64,000 nucleotides of DNA. Origin: Pseudobdellovibrio sp. (GTDB taxonomy: Bacteria > Bdellovibrionota > Bdellovibrionia > Bdellovibrionales > Bdellovibrionaceae). Location of the stretch: positions 5,372 to 69,371 of the forward strand of contig JBKBPU010000005.1 in the NCBI GenBank assembly GCA_046293015.1, in the 5' to 3' direction. The notes under the pieces were generated by a model that saw only the letters and a program-made list of their open reading frames with translations, was not told the DNA's origin and did not search any database. The position numbers and the translations under genes are program-made. Shown one piece after another: positions 57,218 to 64,000 of this stretch (positions are counted from its first letter, which is position 1; every line of letters begins with the position of its first letter).

Positions 57218-58702
57218 ATGTTAGCAAATCGTCGAGCCAAAATAGTAGCCACAATGGGTCCAGCGACCCAGTCTCCTGAAAACATTGAAAAAGCCATCTT
57301 GGCAGGAATGAATGTCGCAAGACTTAATTTCAGTCACGGCACCCATGAGGATCATTTAAAAGTAATCAAATCTATTCGTGAAATATCACAAAGATTAAAA
57401 GCTCCGGTCACAATTTTACAAGATTTGCAGGGGCCGAAAGTTAGGGTTGGTTTGTTTGAGAAAGGCTCTATACAGTTGACTCCAGGACAAACAGTACGAG
57501 TGACAATTGAAGATATTGTTGGAACTGATGGACTTATTCCGAGTGATTTTAAAGAGTTATGCAAGGCTGCTAAACCTGGACATAAAATTTTATTAGACGA
57601 TGGGCTGATCGAACTTCAAGTTTTACAAGTTGGCGATAAAGCTCTTGAAGCAAAAGTTATTTATGGTGGGACACTTAAAAATCGAAAAGGTATGAACCTT
57701 CCAGGAGTTATGCTGCCTGTCGATGCTATGACTGAAAAAGATTTTAGAGATCTTGAATTCGGATTAAAAAACAATGTTGATTTTGTAGCACTGAGTTTTG
57801 TGCGTTTTGGAAAAGATATTCGTCAGTTGAGAGAAATTATTGACCAGCATAAATCACCCGCAAAGATTGTGGCTAAGATTGAAATGCTAGAAGCTTTAGA
57901 AAACTTAGAAGAAATAGTACGCTTAAGTGATGTAGTGATGGTTGCACGTGGTGATTTAGCTGTTGAAGTAGGACAAAGTCGATTGCCGAGTAGTCAAAAA
58001 AGAATTATTTCTCTTTGTAATCAATTTGGTAAACCAGTAATTACGGCAACACAAATGTTAGATTCAATGGTTGAGAATCCGCGTCCAACACGCGCTGAAA
58101 TAACCGATGTTGCTAATGCTGTTTTGGATGGTACTGATGCTCTTATGTTATCCGCAGAAAGTGCAAGTGGTAAGTATCCATTTAAAGCCATTAGAACGAT
58201 GCACGAAATTATACTTGAAGTTGAAAAAAACGAAGAGAATTACTATAAAATCTCACTTGAGAATGAGCTTTTAAGTACTCCTGCTGCGATTGCAGCTAGT
58301 TCTGCATTAAGCGCATTAAAATTAAATGCATCAGCCATTGTCTGTTTAACAACCTCCGGTCGAACAGCGCAAATTATTTCGAGCTTTCGTCCAAAAGCGC
58401 AAATAATTGCTGTTACTGAGGAAATCGAAGTCTTAAATCGTTTGGAAATCATATGGGGGCTGCAAACGCTTGCTTTGAGGCCGTATCATTCGTTTAAAGA
58501 TGTTATTTCACAAGTTGAAAAACTTATTATTGAAAATGGATTAGGTAAAACAGGAGATCGAGTTATTTTCACTTTAGGGCAACCAGTATCAGAAAAAGGA
58601 AAGACTAACTCACTCCATGTTCACACGCTTGGTGGTGAAGATTATCGTAAAATTGATCCAGATTTTTTACCACTTCGATTTGCCCCTGAAAAGGATGTAT
58701 AA
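57218..58702 (+). CDS. pyk: Pyruvate kinase
   Basis: RRAKIVATMGP, ARLNFSHG, DLQGPK, AKIE, MVARGDL, ATQML and MLSAESA motifs. Confidence 0.97.
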   Translation: MLANRRAKIVATMGPATQSPENIEKAILAGMNVARLNFSHGTHEDHLKVIKSIREISQRLKAPVTILQDLQGPKVRVGLFEKGSIQLTPGQTVRVTIEDIVGTDGLIPSDFKELCKAAKPGHKILLDDGLIELQVLQVGDKALEAKVIYGGTLKNRKGMNLPGVMLPVDAMTEKDFRDLEFGLKNNVDFVALSFVRFGKDIRQLREIIDQHKSPAKIVAKIEMLEALENLEEIVRLSDVVMVARGDLAVEVGQSRLPSSQKRIISLCNQFGKPVITATQMLDSMVENPRPTRAEITDVANAVLDGTDALMLSAESASGKYPFKAIRTMHEIILEVEKNEENYYKISLENELLSTPAAIAASSALSALKLNASAIVCLTTSGRTAQIISSFRPKAQIIAVTEEIEVLNRLEIIWGLQTLALRPYHSFKDVISQVEKLIIENGLGKTGDRVIFTLGQPVSEKGKTNSLHVHTLGGEDYRKIDPDFLPLRFAPEKDV

Positions 58703-58835
58703 TTTGTTCTCGGTAAGATAACAAATTATATAATGTATTGGGTGTATTGATTATTGACAATAGGACTGGTTATTTTACAAATTCAAATTCATTTTAATTA
58801 TTTTAATTTATAAATTTCTGTTTAATTAAAAAATC

Positions 58836-59405
58836 ATGTACTTTATTCTCATAAATTTAAAGTTACAGGAGAAATTTATGAATTTAAAAAAATATCTACT
58901 AGGTTTTTCTTTCGTCATCGTTGCAAGTTCAAATTTACAAGCCGAGGTTATGACAGACTCACATCAAGACACAGATAAAAAAGTGCGTTCATTGCAAGGA
59001 TTTTACAAGTCGAATGAAAGTGGAGGTTGTCCACGTGATTTAGCCGTTAGTCAATATGGTGATAATCAAATGATGATTCTTGTGAACGATTTTAGTGATG
59101 AGCCACTATTTAACTTTAGAGGGTATTTCGAAAACTCTCAAGTTAATCAATCATCAACAACAAAGCCCGTTCGCGACCCTTTAGCTGGCTTTTTTGCTGG
59201 TTGGCAGACTGTTCAAGTTGTTCTTCAAAATGAAACACTGACATTCATGCAACAAGAGCGCAGTGTTATAGGCACCCTAAGTTACCAAATGATCATTTCG
59301 ATTAAACCAGTTGGTGAGAGTAAAATTTTGGCTCGTTTAGCTCGAAAGAATTCAGCTTTTTCGGCTGAAAACGAAGTTATATGTCAATTTGATTTAGAAA
59401 AATAA
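58836..59405 (+). CDS. Secreted hypothetical protein
   Basis: Signal peptide (MNLKKYLLG… likely the true start) and a Cys pair. Confidence 0.7.
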   Translation: MYFILINLKLQEKFMNLKKYLLGFSFVIVASSNLQAEVMTDSHQDTDKKVRSLQGFYKSNESGGCPRDLAVSQYGDNQMMILVNDFSDEPLFNFRGYFENSQVNQSSTTKPVRDPLAGFFAGWQTVQVVLQNETLTFMQQERSVIGTLSYQMIISIKPVGESKILARLARKNSAFSAENEVICQFDLEK

Positions 59406-59434
59406 TTTGTCTTGATAAAGATGTGGGATTGAAA

Positions 59435-60094
59435 TTATCCCACATCCATTTTTTTACAATCTGGGGCAATTATCATTTTGCCTTCAGTAGCTTTTAAAAC
59501 AGCTTCAGGAGTCATGTCCGGAGCATACTCGCGTAAGACGAAACCATTTGCTGTGACATCAATAACACCAAAATCAGATACAATTTTTTTGATACACTTA
59601 ACGCCAGTTAGAGGCAAAGTGCACTTCGTTCGAAGTTTAGAGTTGCCTTCTTTGTCTGCGTGTTGCATGGCTACGATAACGTTTTTAGCGCCTGCAACAA
59701 GGTCCATAGCTCCGCCCATGCCTTTGATCATTTTCCCAGGGACCATCCAGTTTGCGATACTACCGGTTTCGTCAACTTCCATAGCGCCAAGCACGGTTAA
59801 ATCAATATGACCACCGCGGATCATTGCGAAGCTATCCGCTGATGAAAAAAAGCTAGCACCTTTTTGTGCGGTAATAGTCTGCTTTCCGGCATTGATCAGA
59901 TCGGCATCTTCTTGTCCCTCAAAGGGGAATGGTCCCATGCCGAGTAATCCATTTTCGCTTTGTAACATAACAGTTTTTGATGGCGGAATGTAATTTGCGA
60001 CAAGTGTTGGAATACCAATCCCTAGATTAACTGTGTATCCATCTTGAACTTCTTGAGCAATTCTTTTGGCGATCTGTTCTCTTGTTAATGGCAT
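59435..60094 (-). CDS. scoB: 3-oxoacid CoA-transferase subunit B
   Basis: VNLGIGIPT, LQSENG (catalytic Glu), INAGKQ and GMGGAMDL motifs. Confidence 0.95.
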   Translation of the reverse strand: MPLTREQIAKRIAQEVQDGYTVNLGIGIPTLVANYIPPSKTVMLQSENGLLGMGPFPFEGQEDADLINAGKQTITAQKGASFFSSADSFAMIRGGHIDLTVLGAMEVDETGSIANWMVPGKMIKGMGGAMDLVAGAKNVIVAMQHADKEGNSKLRTKCTLPLTGVKCIKKIVSDFGVIDVTANGFVLREYAPDMTPEAVLKATEGKMIIAPDCKKMDVG

Positions 60095-60099
60095 ATAAC

Positions 60100-60798
60100 C
60101 TACTTTTTCTGAACTGTTCTTTGTTCAATACGCTTTTGATAGTTTTGCCCTTGGAAAATACGTTGAACATAAACACCCGGAGTATGAATTTGATCAGGAT
60201 CAAGTTCGCCAACTTCAACGAGTTCTTCAACTTCAGCAATTGTAATTTGACCTGCGGTTGCAATCATGGGGTTAAAATTACGAGCTGTTTTTCTAAAAAT
60301 GAGATTGCCGAATTTATCGCCTTTCCAAGCTTTAACAAAGGCAAAATCACCAGTGATGGCTCTTTCAAGGATAAATGTTCGTCCATTAAATTCTCGAGAT
60401 TCTTTACCTTCAGCGATTTTTGTCCCAACACCCGTTGGTGTATAAAAAGCTGGAATACCAGCGCCACCAGCACGAAGTCTTTCGGCTAATGTGCCTTGTG
60501 GGCAAAACTCAAGCTCAAGCTCGCCAGACATAAATTGCTTTTCAAAAGTAGCATTTTCACCAACATAACTTGAAATCATTTTTTTAATCTGACGAGTTTG
60601 TAAAAGCAAACCTAAACCGAATTCATCAACTCCGGCATTATTGCTCACACAAGTAAGTCCTTTAACGCCAGACTCTTTGAGTGCTTGAATGCAATTTTCA
60701 GGTATTCCGCATAATCCAAAACCACCCACTAAAAATGTCATGTTGTCTTTGACACCGTGAATGGCTTCAGCAGCATTTTTATAAACTTTTGAAGCCAT
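60100..60798 (-). CDS. scoA: 3-oxoacid CoA-transferase subunit A
   Basis: [23 protein letters not shown]…[10 protein letters not shown] and DQIHTPG motifs. Confidence 0.95.
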   Translation of the reverse strand: MASKVYKNAAEAIHGVKDNMTFLVGGFGLCGIPENCIQALKESGVKGLTCVSNNAGVDEFGLGLLLQTRQIKKMISSYVGENATFEKQFMSGELELEFCPQGTLAERLRAGGAGIPAFYTPTGVGTKIAEGKESREFNGRTFILERAITGDFAFVKAWKGDKFGNLIFRKTARNFNPMIATAGQITIAEVEELVEVGELDPDQIHTPGVYVQRIFQGQNYQKRIEQRTVQKK

Positions 60799-60812
60799 AA
60801 TGTTCCTAAAAA

Positions 60813-61991
60813 TTAATTATATTTTTCAACAATAACTGAAACTGCTTCGCCACCACCGATACACAGTGTCGCAAGACCGCGTTTAGCATTGCGCGTATGT
60901 AATGAGTGAACAAGTGTAGTGAAAATACGAGCACCAGACGCGCCAATTGGGTGACCAATAGCAATTGCACCACCATGGACATTGATTTTTTCCATAGGAA
61001 TTTCAAGTGATTTTTGTGCAGCCATCGTGACGTTAGCAAATGCTTCGTTAATTTCATATAAATCGATGTCATTGGCGTTAAGTGAAGCTAATTGAAGAGA
61101 TTTTTTAATGGCGCCAACTGGAGCAGTTGTAAAGTATTTTGGATCGTGTGCAAACGTAGCTTGCGACACAATTGTAGCAAGTGGATTTAAGCCGCGTTTT
61201 TTAGCTTCTGATTCAGTCATGAGAACAACTGCAGCAGCGCCATCATTAATTTTTGAAGCATTAGCAGCAGTGATTGTGCCATCTTTTTCAAATGCAGGTT
61301 TTAATCCTGGCATTTTATCAAACATGGCTTTGCCGGGCTCTTCGTCAACGTTAACAGTTACGTTGCCTTTTTTGCCTTCGATAACAACATCAGCGATTTC
61401 GTTTTTAAATACACCAGATGTAATAGCGGCTTGAGCTTTTTTATATGATTCAATTGCGAATTGATCTTGAGCTTCGCGAGTGAAGCTATATTCACGAGAG
61501 CAAATTTCAGCAGCATTTCCCATGTGGAAATTATTGTATGGATCCCAAAGACCATCTTTAATCATAGAGTCGATCATTTGAACAGAACCCATGCGGTAGC
61601 CGCCACGAGAATTTTCTAATAAATGTGGAGCCAGAGACATATTTTCTTGTCCACCAGCAACAACAACTTGCGAGTGACCTAAACGTAATGAGTCAGCGCC
61701 AAGCATGATTGATTTTAGGCCCGATCCACAAACTTTATTGATGGTTAAGCAAACAGCTCCATTATGAATTCCAGAATAGATCGCAGCTTGACGGGCAGGG
61801 GCTTGACCAACACCAGCCGTTAAAACTTCACCCATAATAACTTCTGAAACATCGGTTGTTTTAACTTGGGCCTTTTCTAACGCAGATTTAATTGCAATAG
61901 CTCCAAGTTTAGGGGCTGGTAAGCTTGCAAGTTGACCCTGAAAACTTCCAACAGCTGTTCTTTGAGCTGATACAATAACGATTTTTTCCAT
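60813..61991 (-). CDS. atoB: Acetyl-CoA C-acetyltransferase (thiolase)
   Basis: [47 protein letters not shown] and LCIGGG motifs. Confidence 0.96.
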   Translation of the reverse strand: MEKIVIVSAQRTAVGSFQGQLASLPAPKLGAIAIKSALEKAQVKTTDVSEVIMGEVLTAGVGQAPARQAAIYSGIHNGAVCLTINKVCGSGLKSIMLGADSLRLGHSQVVVAGGQENMSLAPHLLENSRGGYRMGSVQMIDSMIKDGLWDPYNNFHMGNAAEICSREYSFTREAQDQFAIESYKKAQAAITSGVFKNEIADVVIEGKKGNVTVNVDEEPGKAMFDKMPGLKPAFEKDGTITAANASKINDGAAAVVLMTESEAKKRGLNPLATIVSQATFAHDPKYFTTAPVGAIKKSLQLASLNANDIDLYEINEAFANVTMAAQKSLEIPMEKINVHGGAIAIGHPIGASGARIFTTLVHSLHTRNAKRGLATLCIGGGEAVSVIVEKYN

Positions 61992-62132
61992 AATAATTCT
62001 CCTTTAAAAAAATAATCAAATCATAAAAAATACTTTATCAAAATGACTAGAGCAAAAACATTAACACGAACTTAAAAAGATTCAACGAAAGCAGTTGACA
62101 GGCATAGAATTATGTCGCAACGCTATTTTAGT

Positions 62133-63068
62133 ATGACAAAAGTAAAATCAAAAGTTCAGTCTAAAATTCAAGCAAAAACACCGGCGAAAGCTTCAAAAGC
62201 ATCTAAAGTGGTTACAAAAACAGCTGTTAAAGCTAAACCTACTGCGGCAAAGTCGGCTGTTAAAGCTAAAGTGCAAGTTAAAACAACAGCTAAGGTTGTC
62301 GTTAAGACAGCAACTAAAACAACAGCTAAGATTGAAACCAAAGCGGTTGCGGCAAAAGTTGTTAAAAAAGAAACTAAAGTTTTAGTTAAAAAAACAGCAA
62401 TACCAGTTAAAGAAACTAAAAAAGTTGAAGTTAAAAAGGTCGAAACTAAGACACCTGTAAAACCAGTTGTTGAATCTAAGCCAGCCTCAAAAGCTGAAAA
62501 AACAAAGCCATCTAAAGTTAAGAAAAATGATAAAAAAGATGATTTTGAAGATGATTTAACGTTAGACGATGATTTTGGTGATTCTGAAATTTCTGATTAC
62601 GAAGACGATTTAAAAAGCGTTGAAGAAATGGACGAAGAAGATTTCACAGATCTGTCTGATGATGAAGAGGAAGATCAAAAATCTGAAGAAGTTTATTTAA
62701 CAGATTCAGAAGGTCGCAGGCTCTGTCGTGTTCGTGATTGTGATCAGGTTGCAACTGTAGATGGTTATTGCCGTTATCATTATTTATTGCTTTGGAAGAA
62801 GATTCAAATTCGTAAATCAATTTTACAAGATGGTAAGCTTGAAAAATATATTGATGATCTAACATCACGCTATCCAGATAAATTCTTGGAAATGATTAAA
62901 AAAGATCTTAAATCGGAAAAAGATTTTTTATCTGTCATTCAAGAAATGGAAATTGATGAGTCAGCATTGAACGAAATGGATAACGGTGACGAAGAAACTC
63001 AATCATTTGCCGATGAAATTCGTGGTATAGGTGATGCGCCTTCATTAGATGATGATGGTGATTACTAG
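62133..63068 (+). CDS. Protein with a histone-H1-like Lys/Ala/Val/Thr-rich N-terminus, an acidic block and a C-x4-C-x9-C-x2-H Zn finger
   Basis: Read directly from the translation. ATG 62133 is preferred; the ORF track gives 62112. Confidence 0.8.
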   Translation: MTKVKSKVQSKIQAKTPAKASKASKVVTKTAVKAKPTAAKSAVKAKVQVKTTAKVVVKTATKTTAKIETKAVAAKVVKKETKVLVKKTAIPVKETKKVEVKKVETKTPVKPVVESKPASKAEKTKPSKVKKNDKKDDFEDDLTLDDDFGDSEISDYEDDLKSVEEMDEEDFTDLSDDEEEDQKSEEVYLTDSEGRRLCRVRDCDQVATVDGYCRYHYLLLWKKIQIRKSILQDGKLEKYIDDLTSRYPDKFLEMIKKDLKSEKDFLSVIQEMEIDESALNEMDNGDEETQSFADEIRGIGDAPSLDDDGDY

Positions 63069-63084
63069 TTTTATATAATAATTT

Positions 63085-63124
63085 AGGCCCTCTTTCTGGG
63101 GGCTTTTTTTTTTTTTTTTTTTTT
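63085..63124 (+). terminator. Rho-independent terminator with a 21-nt poly-T tract
   Basis: AGGCCCTC-tttct-GGGGGCTT stem followed by T x21 (63104-63124). Confidence 0.7.
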
Positions 63125-63138
63125 AGGTTTTTTTCATA

Positions 63139-64000
63139 ATGAAATTGAGTTTTATTAATGTAACATTTTTAGTTATTTTGATGACGTATGCTTCATCTCT
63201 AACGACAAATGCTAACGAACAGTCTCGGACATTATGCAATTACGACAAGCAAAATTATGTATTAACAGATAGTCGCGGATTTAAGACTCGAATTTATTTT
63301 GCGATTCATGCGCTGCCATCTTCAATATTTAAATTTTGGGAAGATATGGCAGAAGCTGTTGATAATAAAAATCAAAGTTTAGCAGTTGCTAGAAAATTAC
63401 TAGCGATTAATAAAAAACAAAGCCCAGAAATGGTTCGTTTATCAAATGAATTACTAAGTCACCTTAGGGCAAAAAAAATAAGTTGGATCGGAGTTGAAGT
63501 TTCACAAAAACATCTTAATGCTATCGGTGTAATTGCAAGATGTAAATCTTCTGAAGCCAATGAGAAAATGTTCAAACAATATGGTCTTTCTGAAGCTGAA
63601 ATTCAGCAGTTAATGGTTAATCTTGATGGTTCGAGTGTTTATGCTTATTGTCGGTGGGTTAATAGTTTTCCAGAGAAATCTTTATCAAAAGTTAATGATA
63701 ATGCTCCATTCACGCGCGAACAAGCCATCGAGAATGTTAAATTGATAGGTATTGATAACGATAGATTTGAAGAATTAGATCAATTAAATAGTAAAATTAA
63801 AAAACAAGAAAATGAACTTGATAAGATATTGAATTCAAAAATGAGAAGAGTTAAAACTGATGAGTTAGATAAATTATATTTGAAAAAAGATGGTTTAATG
63901 GATAAAGAAATTGAAATAAGAGACCGGGGAATGAGTCGTGATATTTATTTATCCTCTAGTCAGTTTGGAAGTGTTTTTAAAACAGGTGTTGCAGTCATAG
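63139..64000 (+). CDS. Secreted hypothetical protein (partial, runs off the right edge), possibly TraB/ChaN/TIKI fold
   Basis: Not in the ORF track. The frame is open from ATG 63139 to the end (MKLSFINVTFLVILMTYASS…), with a signal peptide and H…WIGVE…RDRGM…GVAVI motif order. Confidence 0.75.
   Translation, partial: MKLSFINVTFLVILMTYASSLTTNANEQSRTLCNYDKQNYVLTDSRGFKTRIYFAIHALPSSIFKFWEDMAEAVDNKNQSLAVARKLLAINKKQSPEMVRLSNELLSHLRAKKISWIGVEVSQKHLNAIGVIARCKSSEANEKMFKQYGLSEAEIQQLMVNLDGSSVYAYCRWVNSFPEKSLSKVNDNAPFTREQAIENVKLIGIDNDRFEELDQLNSKIKKQENELDKILNSKMRRVKTDELDKLYLKKDGLMDKEIEIRDRGMSRDIYLSSSQFGSVFKTGVAVI

Noticed and set aside
60082-61555. Several opposite-strand or alternate-frame ORFs over scoA and the thiolase (likewise over macB, dapD, guaB-like, prfC and pyk)
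   Set aside because: Codon-bias shadows of highly conserved genes.
62095-62130. TTGACA as a -35 box for the H1-like gene
   Set aside because: No acceptable -10 box at 16-18 nt spacing.
1-64000. CRISPR array, rRNA, tmRNA, RNase P RNA
   Set aside because: No regularly spaced direct repeats or recognisable conserved RNA motifs were seen by eye.

Overview
AT-rich bacterial chromosomal segment, most likely from a Bdellovibrionota (Bdellovibrio-like predator). This is inferred from a TIGR02147/DUF4423-type regulator, many Cys-containing secreted hypotheticals, and the ffh-rpsP-khpA-rimM-trmD-SPOUT-rplS-rnhB-yraN gene order. From left to right it holds: a TolC-MacA-MacB efflux operon; a 958-aa secreted toxin-like protein; a hemolysin-III/PAQR protein with an apparent HicB-like C-terminal fusion; secreted and outer-membrane genes; a MoxR-DUF58-transglutaminase operon; RidA-YdcF-degenerate ABC ATPase-LolC/E permease; and a cluster of peptidoglycan stem-peptide enzymes (dapD, mpaA, lysA, mepA-like, murI) with an IMPDH/GMPR gene. 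Next come tRNA-Leu(TAA) and a ~4 kb decayed integrative island. The island carries a recombinase-like remnant that reads into the tRNA 3' end, a DUF4423 regulator with an upstream palindrome array, and secreted cargo. The right half is mostly housekeeping (trhO, prfC, ffh to rplS, lptD, VKOR-DsbA, HU, pyk, scoAB-thiolase), ending with a histone-H1-like/Zn-finger protein. No CRISPR array or rRNA was seen. The best candidates for new biology are the putative prey-peptidoglycan-to-lysine/glutamate salvage cluster, the PAQR-HicB fusion, the DUF4423 operator/cargo module, a recurrent intergenic GTCTCA-N3-TGAGAC palindrome, and the H1-like Zn-finger protein. All family calls come from motifs recognised by eye; no database search was run.
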